Below, piece after piece: positions 39,154 through 51,894 of a stretch of 64,000 nucleotides of DNA. Each line of letters starts with the position of its first letter. The first letter of the stretch is position 1. A program made the position numbers and the translations under genes. This stretch comes from Candidatus Magasanikbacteria bacterium GW2011_GWC2_37_14 (GTDB lineage: Bacteria > Patescibacteriota > Patescibacteriia > Magasanikbacterales > UBA922): assembly GCA_000990355.1 (NCBI GenBank), contig LBSX01000008.1, positions 40,316 to 104,315 of the forward strand, given 5' to 3'. Below the pieces are notes generated by a model. That model saw only the letters and a list, made by a program, of their open reading frames with translations, searched no databases and was not told where the DNA came from.

Positions 39154-39909
39154 ATGAATAATAAAATTGATAAAATATATTTTGATTTTGATAGCACCCT
39201 AATTAAGGCGGAAAGCTTGGATTTGTTGGGAATAAGGCGAGGGGTAGGAAAAAATGTTTCTGCTATGACAAAACGTTCAATGAACGGCGAAGTGGCATTC
39301 TCTGATATTTTTTTAGAAAAAATGCAATTAATTTCTCCGACAAAAAATGATCTCGATGTTGTAGCACAAGAGTGTGTTGGTTTGTTGGTAGCTGGTGTGC
39401 TGGAAACAATGAAATTATTGCGTGCTTTGGATAAGCAGGTATATATTCTGTCAGCTAATTTTTATCCAATGATTTTGCCGGTGGCGAAAAAACTTGGGTT
39501 AGACGAGAATAACATTATTGCCAATGAGATATTTTTTGATGGGGATGAAAATTTTTTGAATTTTAATACTAGTTCGTTGTTGGCTCAGGATTATGGCAAA
39601 GCAAGAGTGTTACAGCAAGAAAAACAAAAAGGTGGAAGATTAGCATTGGTAGGAGATAGTGTAGCCGACTTGGAGGCAGCAAGTGAGGTGGATGTTTTTG
39701 TTGGTTTTGGTGGAGTTGTACAACGAGAAAAAGTATTTAAGGAGTCAAAACATTTTGTTTCCTCACCATCATTATTGCCATCTTTAAATTTCTTGTTATC
39801 GGATGATGAGATAAATAAATTGAAAATTATTGGTTTTGAAAAAATAGTAAATGAAATTCAAAAATTGACTACCATTACTACAACCGGGACAGGGCCGGTT
39901 GCTTGGTAG
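39154..39909 (+). CDS. HAD-superfamily hydrolase (phosphoserine phosphatase-like)
   Basis: Motif I FDFDSTL and motif IV GDSVADLEA. The C-terminal tail runs into the GC-rich block. Confidence 0.7.
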   Translation: MNNKIDKIYFDFDSTLIKAESLDLLGIRRGVGKNVSAMTKRSMNGEVAFSDIFLEKMQLISPTKNDLDVVAQECVGLLVAGVLETMKLLRALDKQVYILSANFYPMILPVAKKLGLDENNIIANEIFFDGDENFLNFNTSSLLAQDYGKARVLQQEKQKGGRLALVGDSVADLEAASEVDVFVGFGGVVQREKVFKESKHFVSSPSLLPSLNFLLSDDEINKLKIIGFEKIVNEIQKLTTITTTGTGPVAW

Positions 39910-39983
39910 TGGTATTAGTTTTTGAACAAAATACTCGCCAAGGCTGGCGGGTATTTTTGTTTAAAAAAGCGGGAGGAGGAAAT

Positions 39984-41297
39984 ATGCGAGAGGGTGCGTT
40001 GCTTTTGCCTGAGTTTAGTTCGTTGTATCGATTTCGTGAGCCAGACGTGAGGCAGTATCAACAGCAGAAGGGAGTGGAACAGATCAAGCAGGAGAATGAT
40101 CTGTTTACAGACCCAATTAATGGATGTGATTGTGTCTTTACCTCTCACCGAATTGGAACAGTGCTTGTGGCGCCACGATCTCAGTGTTTGACGCGTTTTC
40201 CTGGGCACAGCTTGCCTGGTCCTGGTGGTAATTGCCAGATTAACACCGGAGCTTTGGAGTGGAATCGTTTTCAGGAACTCGCCAAATTCGCAGGGATTCC
40301 AGTGCTCGGAGATTGTCAGTTGGTATCGACGGTAGCAGAGCCGAAATTGCCGTCGTGGGATTGGTTGGGTGTGGCTGAGCCGGATATATTTGTCTTGAGT
40401 CCCATCATTGTCCAAACGTTGCCGTGGGGTGAGGCTGAATGGCAGATGTATGTTGAAGGGTTGCGACATAGTCTGCGTCAGGTGCACAATTGTAGCATGG
40501 CGAAGATTCTGTCGTTGGCACGCCAGGCTTGGGACCAACACGGTAAAATGATCTATGACAGCGATGCACTCCTGTGGGCAGAGAAAATTATGTGCGTCGT
40601 GGGCAAAGAGAATTGTGATTTGAATGCGATTTTCGAGTTGGAAGCGGCGGTTAGCTGTCGACAGTACTCTCGCGATCTCCGTATTCATAGTCGGGGTGTT
40701 TACCGCGGCATGTGGATCGAGGTTGGAGAAGTTGGACTCGCTTCCATCAAGGCAACGGAGTTGGTTATGCCAGTGCGTATTATTCAAGAGCTCCAGAGTC
40801 TGTACAAGAACGGTTTTGCTCCCATCGTGGTGAATGAGTATGGGTGCAATACGGATGGTAGTCATCGTCATACGACTGCCTGGCTCTGGAATTTGCTCAA
40901 GGCTATTGGATCGTTCAATTCGGGAGTGCTCCAATCGCGTGTCACCGAATTCGTCGTGAAGCATTGTCTGGCCATGGGTCCGATCATCACCCGTGAAGTA
41001 TTGCGTGTGTTGTCCGAATTGTTGGCTAATCACCGCCAACTCTTGTTCGAAGAAATCATGCCACAAGTGCAGAGATATAATCCGATTGCTACTTTGCCGG
41101 TCATACTGCTCAATGAGTATTCGGCTGGCACGGTTGTGAAGAAGGAATATGATGAAGGCACGGCAGTGCGGCGTGTTGATCCTGAGACGTATCGGTTGCT
41201 TGCCAATAACCCTTCCTTCACCCTTCCGGCACGTGGTCCCTATCACCGTACGGACCGATCGATCCTTCCCTGGTTTCAAATTCTGGAAAAGGAGTAG
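39984..41297 (+). CDS. Unknown 437-aa protein encoded on a GC-rich (about 52%) island with atypical codon usage
   Basis: Strong RBS GGAGGAGG-4-ATG. The plus-strand translation is complex and protein-like, with conserved Cys/His clusters (CDC, NEYGCNTDGSHRH). The equal-length minus-strand ORF is low-complexity R/S-rich and judged to be a shadow. Confidence 0.55.
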   Translation: MREGALLLPEFSSLYRFREPDVRQYQQQKGVEQIKQENDLFTDPINGCDCVFTSHRIGTVLVAPRSQCLTRFPGHSLPGPGGNCQINTGALEWNRFQELAKFAGIPVLGDCQLVSTVAEPKLPSWDWLGVAEPDIFVLSPIIVQTLPWGEAEWQMYVEGLRHSLRQVHNCSMAKILSLARQAWDQHGKMIYDSDALLWAEKIMCVVGKENCDLNAIFELEAAVSCRQYSRDLRIHSRGVYRGMWIEVGEVGLASIKATELVMPVRIIQELQSLYKNGFAPIVVNEYGCNTDGSHRHTTAWLWNLLKAIGSFNSGVLQSRVTEFVVKHCLAMGPIITREVLRVLSELLANHRQLLFEEIMPQVQRYNPIATLPVILLNEYSAGTVVKKEYDEGTAVRRVDPETYRLLANNPSFTLPARGPYHRTDRSILPWFQILEKE

Positions 41298-41481
41298 GTG
41301 TTCTTTCTTGGCCTGTCCCTCGGCTATTCAATAGAGGTGATAGTGAGCCGGCATTTTCTCCGGCAATTCACTTTGTCGACAAACAAAACTAAATAACTAC
41401 TGTTTTATTGCAGTAGTTTTTAGTTGACCTTTTCGATTATTTGTAGTTTAATATTGGTATTCACATAATGCTTATGTGTTC

Positions 41482-42144
41482 ATGAAACCTTTAAATAAAG
41501 TTAAAATAGAATGGTCGCCAAAATTTGCGTATGCTATTGGTTTGATAGTGACTGATGGAAATTTATCTGGTGATGGAAGACATATTTCTTTCACTTCAAA
41601 AGACTATGATTTAGCATTTTTATACAAGGAATGTCTTGAATTAGATAATATTGTTGGTAAAAAATCTAGAGTGGCCGGTGCAGAAAAAATATACAGTATA
41701 GTTCAGTTTGGCGATGTAAGTTTTTATAAATTTTTATTGTCCATCGGGTTAACACCAAACAAATCAAAAACTATTGGCAAACTTAAAGTACCAAGAAAAT
41801 ATTTTTATCACTTTTTGCGTGGTTGTTTTGATGGAGATGGTAATATAAATGAGTTTAAACATCGAGAAAGTCAACACACACAGTTAAGAGTTAGATTTTT
41901 TTCTGCAAGTAAGAAGTTTGTTGATTGGCTAAGGGGAAATACTATTAAAAATGGGATAAAAGGCTATTATGGAAGTGTAGGGAAAAAGAAAAGTGTTTAT
42001 GTTTTGGAATTTGCTAAAGCCGATTCAATAAAGTTATTAAACTTGATTTATAAAGAAAATTGTGGTATCTTCTTAGAAAGAAAGTATTTAGTAGCTAAAA
42101 AATATTTGCTGGCGTGGCGGAATTGGTATACGCGCTTGCCTTAG
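41482..42144 (+). CDS. LAGLIDADG-family homing endonuclease (two-motif, monomeric type)
   Basis: Motif 1 FAYAIGLIVTDGNLS and motif 2 FLRGCFDGDGNIN. Start taken as the ATG at 41482. The 3' end overlaps tRNA-Leu by 37 nt. Confidence 0.8.
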   Translation: MKPLNKVKIEWSPKFAYAIGLIVTDGNLSGDGRHISFTSKDYDLAFLYKECLELDNIVGKKSRVAGAEKIYSIVQFGDVSFYKFLLSIGLTPNKSKTIGKLKVPRKYFYHFLRGCFDGDGNINEFKHRESQHTQLRVRFFSASKKFVDWLRGNTIKNGIKGYYGSVGKKKSVYVLEFAKADSIKLLNLIYKENCGIFLERKYLVAKKYLLAWRNWYTRLP

Positions 42145-42191
42145 AAGCATGTTCCCGAAAGGGATTGAGAGTTCGAGTCTCTCCGCCAGCA
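42108..42191 (+). tRNA. tRNA-Leu (anticodon TAG), class II with a long variable arm
   Basis: Hand-folded: acceptor GCTGGCG/CGCCAGC, D-loop with GG, anticodon loop CTTAGAA, variable arm CCC-GAAA-GGG, T-arm GAGAG-TTCGAGT-CTCTC, discriminator A. Confidence 0.75.
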
Positions 42192-42194
42192 CAC

Positions 42195-42461
42195 ATGAAT
42201 AACTTAGAAGCTAAAATCTTTGCCGCTGAATTGGGTGCAGAAATGCCCGAATTAGATTTACATGGATTTTATCCAAATGAAGCCCTAGAAAAACTAGAGG
42301 TTTTTTTATTTAAAAACTCGCAAAATAAGGAGCAGATGGTTAGAGTAATTTATGGCTTTGGCACGGGAAAATTGGCTAATGAAGTTTTGAATTATTTAAA
42401 AAAACACACGTTGGTTGAAGCTGTTATAGAAAAAGAAGGAAGTTGTATTGTAGTTCTTTAA
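42195..42461 (+). CDS. Smr-domain protein (small MutS-related nicking endonuclease domain)
   Basis: LDLHG ... VIYGFGTGKL Smr motifs. Start set to the ATG at 42195, right after the tRNA. Confidence 0.7.
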   Translation: MNNLEAKIFAAELGAEMPELDLHGFYPNEALEKLEVFLFKNSQNKEQMVRVIYGFGTGKLANEVLNYLKKHTLVEAVIEKEGSCIVVL

Positions 42462-42486
42462 TTTTGCTGATTTATTCAAAATAGCC

Positions 42487-42515
42487 TTGACAAAAGGCTG
42501 TTTTTTTATTATAAT
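42487..42515 (+). promoter_or_regulatory. Sigma70-like promoter TTGACA-17-TATAAT
   Basis: ccttgacaaaaggctgtttttttattataatc, upstream of the ATP-grasp gene. Confidence 0.65.
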
Positions 42516-42552
42516 CTTGGCTTATAAAATAGTGTATTACTTATTTATTATT

Positions 42553-43809
42553 ATGAATAATTTAAAAGGAAAAGTTATTTTATTAGTTAATGCTACTTCA
42601 CCCAATAAAGTTTTTATTTTAAAAAAAATAAAATCACTGGGTGTAAAAATTGTTTGTTTGGATAGAAGTATTAGAGATTTTGCCAAACCATATGTTGATG
42701 AGTGGCTGGTTGCAGATTTAAATAATTATTCCAAATGTTTCGCCGTAGTGGAAGATTTTGTTAGAAAGGGTAATAAAATTGATGGAGTTTTAACCTTTTG
42801 GGAAGAATGTGTAGTTTTGGTTTCTAAATTAGCGGAAAATTATCACTTGCCGGGTATTCCTAGCAAAGTTTCTAAGATTGTAAAAAATAAATATTTATTT
42901 AGACTTGATTGTTTTAAAAAAAATATCCCTGCACCCGCAAGCCGGCTTTTGGTAAATAAAAGAGATTTGGATTTTGTGAAGAAAAATTTTATATTTCCAA
43001 TTATTGTAAAGCCCGTTTATGGTGCTTCAAGTGCTTTTGTAATTAAAATAGAAAGAGTGGAAGAATTGGAAAAAGGTTATAATTATGTGAAGAAAAATGT
43101 TCATTCTTTTGTATTGGCTCCAGAGTGGGAGAGTTTGGAAATAGTAGCTGAAGAATATATAACTGGCAAAGAGGTTGATATTGATGTTTTGGTACAAAAT
43201 AGCGAAATTAAGTATTTGGTTATTAATGATAATAAAAAAACAAAAGAGCCATTTTTTGTAGAATTAGGGCAATGGTCTCCTTCTGTTTTGCCCAACAAAG
43301 CTTTGGAAGTTTTGCATAAGATGGCCCTTGAGTCACTCGCAAAATTGGGAGTTAGTAATGGTTGTGTTCATTTTGAGGCTAAGTATGGTAGAAATGGAGC
43401 CGTGCCGATTGAAATAAATTTACGTATGGGTGGTGGACATGTATATTTATTTTCTAAAAATGTTTGGGGTGTGGATTTAGTAGAGAATGCTGTTAAAATT
43501 GCTCTTGGTGTATCTGTCAAAATAAATAAACCAAATAAACCCTACAAATATTTGGTAGGTGGCCAATTGTTGCCAAGAAAAACCGGAGTAATTACCGAAA
43601 TTAAAATTGATAAGAGTTTGGAAAAGAAACCATATTTTGTAAGTATGTATTTTGAAAAGAAAGTTGGGGATACTTTTTTGTGTCCACCAGAAGGTTATGA
43701 TGGTTCGGTTGGCAGACTTTTGGTAGAGAGCGGTAAAAGTATTAAACATGCTAAGAAGTTGTTGGTAGAGGGCTCTAAGTTAATAAAGTTTAAAGTTAAG
43801 AGTTTGTAG
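42553..43809 (+). CDS. ATP-grasp domain protein (carboxylate-amine ligase type)
   Basis: ATP-grasp fold pattern (IIVKPVYGASSAFV ... EEYITGKEVDIDVLV ... IEINLRMGGG). Start set to the ATG at 42553. Confidence 0.7.
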   Translation: MNNLKGKVILLVNATSPNKVFILKKIKSLGVKIVCLDRSIRDFAKPYVDEWLVADLNNYSKCFAVVEDFVRKGNKIDGVLTFWEECVVLVSKLAENYHLPGIPSKVSKIVKNKYLFRLDCFKKNIPAPASRLLVNKRDLDFVKKNFIFPIIVKPVYGASSAFVIKIERVEELEKGYNYVKKNVHSFVLAPEWESLEIVAEEYITGKEVDIDVLVQNSEIKYLVINDNKKTKEPFFVELGQWSPSVLPNKALEVLHKMALESLAKLGVSNGCVHFEAKYGRNGAVPIEINLRMGGGHVYLFSKNVWGVDLVENAVKIALGVSVKINKPNKPYKYLVGGQLLPRKTGVITEIKIDKSLEKKPYFVSMYFEKKVGDTFLCPPEGYDGSVGRLLVESGKSIKHAKKLLVEGSKLIKFKVKSL

Positions 43810-43866
43810 TTGTTGTTATAGGTACTCCCCTTAAATAGGGGAGTTTTTTTATCCACAACTTTACTC

Positions 43867-43895
43867 TTGACCTATACCTGGGGTGGAGGTATACT
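43867..43895 (+). promoter_or_regulatory. Promoter TTGACC-17-TATACT with an embedded CsoR-type operator (ATACCT-GGGGTGG-AGGTAT)
   Basis: GC-rich pseudo-palindrome between the -35 and -10 elements, directly upstream of csoR. A TTATCCACA box lies at 43849-43857. Confidence 0.65.
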
Positions 43896-43952
43896 ATAAA
43901 TAATTTACAATTATCAATTTACAATTTTCAAATAATTTTTAAACAAGAAAAT

Positions 43953-44228
43953 ATGATTGAACCATATACTGGTAAAATAAAAATTAATTTAAAAAAGGTG
44001 CATGGGCAATTGGCCTTAATTGATAAAATGATTGTCGAAAATAGATATTGTTTGGATATTGCCCAGCAAGTAAATGCGGCTATTGGGATACTCAAACAAG
44101 TAAATAATCACATTTTGGAAAGTCATTTGCTTTCTTGCGGAACCAATAAATTGGAATCTAAAAGTGAAAAAGTGCGTTTGGAATTTGTAAAAGAATTAAT
44201 GAAAGTTTTTGATCAAACTAAAAAATAA
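43953..44228 (+). CDS. csoR: CsoR/RcnR-family metal-sensing transcriptional repressor
   Basis: DUF156 pattern: HGQLALIDKMIVENRYCLDIAQQVNAAIGIL with conserved Cys/His/Cys ligands. Confidence 0.8.
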   Translation: MIEPYTGKIKINLKKVHGQLALIDKMIVENRYCLDIAQQVNAAIGILKQVNNHILESHLLSCGTNKLESKSEKVRLEFVKELMKVFDQTKK

Positions 44229-44232
44229 TTAT

Positions 44233-45555
44233 ATGCAAAAATTACTAATTCCGATAAAAGGCATGCATTGTAAATCTTGTGAAATTTTGGTTGGTAATAA
44301 TTTAAAAAAATTGCCAGACGTAAAAGAGGTCTTTGTGGATTCCAAAATTGGTGAAGCAAAATTATCTTTTGAAAATCAACCACCAGCTGAAGCCTTAATT
44401 AATCAAGCTGTTGCCGACGCTGGTTATAGTGTTGGCAAAGAAGACAAAAAATCATTACTCTCCAAAGATAAAAATGATTATCTAAATTTATTAAAAAGTT
44501 TGGTAATTTTGCTAATACTATTTTTTTTGTGGAAAATGTTGGGTCTTGGGAATTTGGGTGCTAGTTTGGGTGATAGTGCAGGTTTGGGAGCGGCCCTCCT
44601 TATTGGTTTGGTGGCCGGGGTTTCTACTTGTATGGCAATTATTGGCGGTTTGGTTTTAAGTTTGTCCGCTCGCCACGCCGAATTACATCCCGAAGCATCT
44701 GCATGGCAGAAATTTCGGCCCCATTTATTTTTTAATTTAGGAAGAATTGGCGGTTTTTTTATCCTTGGTGGAATAATTGGTTGGCTTGGCTCAGCTTTTA
44801 AATTATCAAATAATTTTTTAGTTTTTTTAACATTAGCCGTTAGTCTGGTAATGATTTTTTTGGGGTTAAAGTTGTTAAATATTTTTCCTTTTTTGCAAAA
44901 TAAAAATATTTCTTTACCAAAGTCTATTAGTAAAAAATTAGGTATTGGTAATGACACTAAAGAATATAGTCATCGTGGCGCAATGCTTTCTGGGGCACTC
45001 ACTTTCTTTTTGCCTTGTGGCTTTACTCAAGCCATGCAATTGTATGCTGTTTCCACTGGTAGCTTTTTTCTTGGTGGATTAAGTTTGGCAATATTTGCTT
45101 TTGGTACAAGTTTTGGTTTGTTGGGTATTGGCGTACTTAGTTCTGTTTTCCGGGGTAAAAAAGCAAAAGTATTTTTTAGTGTAGCGGGTCTAATTGTAAT
45201 TGTTTTGGGTTTGTTTAATATAAATAATTCCCTAAATTTATTTTCTGCCAAAGTAGATAAAACCCCACTAACTGCTGGGGCAATTACTGATGAAGTGCAA
45301 ATTGTAAATATGACTCAAGATTATTCTGGTTACAGTCCAAATGTTCTAACTGTAAAAAAAGGTGTTCCCGTGCGTTGGGTGATTAATTCTACTAATCCGT
45401 ATACTTGTGCCTCTTCACTAGTAATGAGAAAGTATAATATTAGTCGAAGTTTACAAAAAGGGGAAAATATTATTGAATTTACTCCCACCGAAGCGGGTGA
45501 AATCCCTTTTTCTTGCAGTATGGGAATGTATCGTGGAAAGTTTATTGTCCAGTAA
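44233..45555 (+). CDS. HMA-domain polytopic membrane protein (DsbD/TauE-like core) with a C-terminal Cys/Met-rich soluble domain; putative copper-handling protein
   Basis: N-terminal GMHCKSC metal-binding motif, at least 6 TM helices with conserved Cys pairs, and a C-terminal tail ending SCSMGMYRG. Confidence 0.6.
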   Translation: MQKLLIPIKGMHCKSCEILVGNNLKKLPDVKEVFVDSKIGEAKLSFENQPPAEALINQAVADAGYSVGKEDKKSLLSKDKNDYLNLLKSLVILLILFFLWKMLGLGNLGASLGDSAGLGAALLIGLVAGVSTCMAIIGGLVLSLSARHAELHPEASAWQKFRPHLFFNLGRIGGFFILGGIIGWLGSAFKLSNNFLVFLTLAVSLVMIFLGLKLLNIFPFLQNKNISLPKSISKKLGIGNDTKEYSHRGAMLSGALTFFLPCGFTQAMQLYAVSTGSFFLGGLSLAIFAFGTSFGLLGIGVLSSVFRGKKAKVFFSVAGLIVIVLGLFNINNSLNLFSAKVDKTPLTAGAITDEVQIVNMTQDYSGYSPNVLTVKKGVPVRWVINSTNPYTCASSLVMRKYNISRSLQKGENIIEFTPTEAGEIPFSCSMGMYRGKFIVQ

Positions 45556-45663
45556 TTCCGAACCCACAGGTGAGGAATCCCTTTTAAAAAATATTAAAAA
45601 AGTATAATTAATAAAGCGAAGTTAAACCCAAAGAAAAGGGATCTCTCGCTGTGGCTCGAGATT

Positions 45664-47844
45664 ATGACAATAAATAAACAACAATACAATATACATGGCA
45701 TGCATTGTGCTTCTTGTGCATTAGTTATTGAGGGTGCTTTAAAAAAAATACCAGGTATTAAAAGTGCAAACGTAAATTATGCCAATGAAAAAGCGATTGT
45801 TGAAGGTGAAATTGATGCTAATGAAGTTGTTGAAATAATTAAAAATACCGGTTATCGGGCAGAAGTAGTTGGGAGTGAAATGCCACATACCGAGCATGAC
45901 CATCAAAAAATGTTGCAAACATCAGAAATTAAAAAAGAACGAAATTATTTTTTGTTTAGTTTGGTTTTGTCATTGCCAATTTTTGTTTTAAGTATGATTT
46001 TGGCAAACAAGACTTTGATTAGTTTAATAGTGCAATCAATTTTGGCTGGAGTTATCCAATTTTTTATTGGCTACAGATTTTACCGAGGTACTTGGTATGG
46101 AATTAAAAATAAAACTGCTAATATGGATACTTTGGTGGCAGTGGGTACTAGTGGGGCTTATTTTTATAGTTTATTTACAACTTATTTTGTGGGTGGGGAA
46201 GCCTTTTATGAGACTTCTTCACTTCTAATTACTTTTGTGATTTTGGGCAAATGGTTGGAAGCCAAAACCAAAGGAAAAACCGGGGAAGCAATAAAAAAAC
46301 TAATGGGTTTGCAAGCCAAAACTGCGCGCGTCCTTCGACAAGCTCAGGATAAATTTATAGAGGTTGATATTCAAATAGAGCAAGTGGTGGTTGGGGATAC
46401 AGTAATTGTGCGACCTGGTGAAAAAATTCCCGTGGATGGAGAAATTGTTGAAGGTTATTCTAGTATTGATGAATCAATGATTACCGGAGAAAGTATTCCT
46501 GTGGAAAAAAAAGTTGGGGATTTTGTAATTGGAGCCACAATTAATAAAACTGGTAGTTTTAAATTTAAAACTACCAAAATTGGCAAGGATACCATGTTGG
46601 CCCAGATTATAAAAATTGTTGAAGAAGCCCAAGGGTCCAAAGCCCCAATTCAAAAATTTGCTGATCGGGTTTCGAGTATTTTTGTGCCCGTGGTAATGCT
46701 AATTTCAATAATTACTTTTTTAATTTGGTTTTTTGTGGTGGGAGCAAGTTTTGTAATTTCTTTAATGGCAGGTATAGCAGTGCTAGTAATTGCTTGTCCT
46801 TGTGCTTTGGGTTTGGCCACGCCCACAGCGATTATGGTGGGCACTGGCAAAGGAGCAGAAAATGGCATTTTAATTAAAAATGCCGAAGCCTTGGAAATTG
46901 CTGGCAAGATAAATGTGGTGGTGTTTGATAAAACTGGTACCTTAACAGAAGGCAAACCAGAAGTAGTTAATATTGTGGAAAGTAAAAAATATACCTCAAA
47001 AAATATTTTACAAAAAATTGCATCAGTGGAAAATAAATCAGAACATCCTTTGGCTGAAGCGATTGTGAAAAAAGCCAAAGAATTAAATTTGGAATTTTTA
47101 TCAGTTGAAAATTTTTCTGCAGAAGTTGGTAGAGGTGTGAAGGCTAAAGTTGCCGGTCAGGAAATTTTAATTGGTAATGGAGCACTTTTAAAAGAAAACA
47201 ATATTAGTTATGAAGAGTTAAGAGAGGAAATGATTGTTGAAGAGGAAAAAGGTAGGACAGTTTTAATGGTAGTTGTAGCTGGGACTATGGTAGGTTTTGT
47301 TTCGGTGGCTGATAAATTAAAAGCGAGTAGCAGAGAAGCAATAAAAATGTTAGAAAAATTAGGTTTGGAACCAGTAATGGCGACTGGAGATAATAATAAA
47401 ACTGCCGAAGCAATTGCCAATGAAGTTGGGATTAAAAATTGGCGAGGTAGAGTACAACCCCAAGATAAATTAGAAATTATAAAAGAATATCAAGCAAAAG
47501 GAGGAAAAGTAGTTATGGTCGGTGATGGTATAAATGACGCCCCTGCTTTGGCACAAGCTGACTTGGGTATTGCTATGGGAACAGGAACTGACGTGGCTAT
47601 GGAAACCGGAGGAATAATTTTAGTAAAAAATGATTTATGTGATGTAGCCAAAGCCATTAAATTGAGTCGACTTGCCATGAACAAAATAAAGCAAAATATG
47701 TTTTGGGCCTTGTTTTACAATAGTATAGGAATTCCTATTGCTGCATTTGGTTTGTTAAAAGCCGAATATGCTGGTTTGGCCATGGCCATGAGCTCTGTTT
47801 CTGTAGTGCTTAATTCATTGTTATTAAAGCGTAAAAAACTTTGA
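45664..47844 (+). CDS. copA: Copper-translocating P1B-type ATPase
   Basis: [11 protein letters not shown] domain, CPC motif ([12 protein letters not shown]), DKTGTLT phosphorylation site, GDGINDAP. Confidence 0.93.
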   Translation: MTINKQQYNIHGMHCASCALVIEGALKKIPGIKSANVNYANEKAIVEGEIDANEVVEIIKNTGYRAEVVGSEMPHTEHDHQKMLQTSEIKKERNYFLFSLVLSLPIFVLSMILANKTLISLIVQSILAGVIQFFIGYRFYRGTWYGIKNKTANMDTLVAVGTSGAYFYSLFTTYFVGGEAFYETSSLLITFVILGKWLEAKTKGKTGEAIKKLMGLQAKTARVLRQAQDKFIEVDIQIEQVVVGDTVIVRPGEKIPVDGEIVEGYSSIDESMITGESIPVEKKVGDFVIGATINKTGSFKFKTTKIGKDTMLAQIIKIVEEAQGSKAPIQKFADRVSSIFVPVVMLISIITFLIWFFVVGASFVISLMAGIAVLVIACPCALGLATPTAIMVGTGKGAENGILIKNAEALEIAGKINVVVFDKTGTLTEGKPEVVNIVESKKYTSKNILQKIASVENKSEHPLAEAIVKKAKELNLEFLSVENFSAEVGRGVKAKVAGQEILIGNGALLKENNISYEELREEMIVEEEKGRTVLMVVVAGTMVGFVSVADKLKASSREAIKMLEKLGLEPVMATGDNNKTAEAIANEVGIKNWRGRVQPQDKLEIIKEYQAKGGKVVMVGDGINDAPALAQADLGIAMGTGTDVAMETGGIILVKNDLCDVAKAIKLSRLAMNKIKQNMFWALFYNSIGIPIAAFGLLKAEYAGLAMAMSSVSVVLNSLLLKRKKL

Positions 47845-47933
47845 TTTTTACCCACAAACTATCCACAATGTACCAGAACTTCCTCAGGGAAGTACGGTAC
47901 ATTGCAGGCAGTTTTTATCCACACCTTAGACAC

Positions 47934-47962
47934 TTGACAATAGTTTGAGAAAGTTGTAAAAT
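47934..47962 (+). promoter_or_regulatory. rRNA promoter TTGACA-17-TAAAAT
   Basis: cacttgacaatagtttgagaaagttgtaaaat, preceded by TTATCCACA at 47915-47923. Confidence 0.6.
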
Positions 47963-48409
47963 TGTCAGGCATTCATAAATGAATTGCACCACGTCCGCAT
48001 ACGTTTGGACCTCTGGGTATAACAATAAAGTTAAACGACAATGTTTACTTACATAAAATTATACTTAGATTAACCAGGCGTGGCAATTGACTTTTCTGTT
48101 AAATTGATCGCTTGAAGGCGATCTTTTTTTCCACGAAAAGTGGCGTAATGAAATAAGCCACTTGGAGTAGGAACCGCGTGATGAGCAAAGCGAATTTTAC
48201 GCGGTAAACACGGTGCCACATCGTGGCAGGCTCTCAGATCACAGACAGCGTAGATAAAAATCTAAATTGTCTGTGGCAAGAGATTTAGGGATAGAACTTT
48301 GACAATTCAAATTAAAAATATTAAATAGGTCAATTCAAAAATAAGCGGTCTTATTAAAGATTTAATAAGATAAAAAGAAAGCACAATTGTGTGTTTTCGT
48401 AGTATGCAT

Positions 48410-51690
<3,281 letters not shown>

Positions 51691-51748
51691 GCACAGAGTT
51701 GTGCTGATCTATAAAATTAATATTTTTTCAATTCAAACTGAGTACAGA

Positions 51749-51858
51749 GTCTAGGTGTCATGAGCGAGAGGGTCACACCCGATCCCATCCCGAACTCGGC
51801 AGTTAAGCCTCTCAGCGTCGATGATAGCGGCAACGCAAAAGTAGACCGACGCCTGGAC
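51749..51858 (+). rRNA. rrf: 5S ribosomal RNA
   Basis: Helix I GTCTAGGTG/CGCCTGGAC closes. Internal CCCGAACTCGGCAGTTAAGC and GTAGACCGACGCC blocks match 5S. Confidence 0.8.
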
Positions 51859-51894
51859 CTTGTACTCAGTTTTTTTATTTTAAAAATATCGCTA

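Noticed and set aside
39915-41279. 454-aa minus-strand ORF exactly antisense to the GC-rich 437-aa gene
   Set aside because: Its composition is dominated by R/S/Q/H low-complexity runs, with no RBS or start context. It is a typical shadow frame produced by high GC on the opposite strand of a real gene.
41330-42191. Idea that the LAGLIDADG gene sits inside an intron of a split tRNA
   Set aside because: A complete, contiguous tRNA-Leu (acceptor, D, anticodon, long variable and T arms) folds from 42108-42191 without interruption. No tRNA 5' half is detectable upstream of the endonuclease gene.
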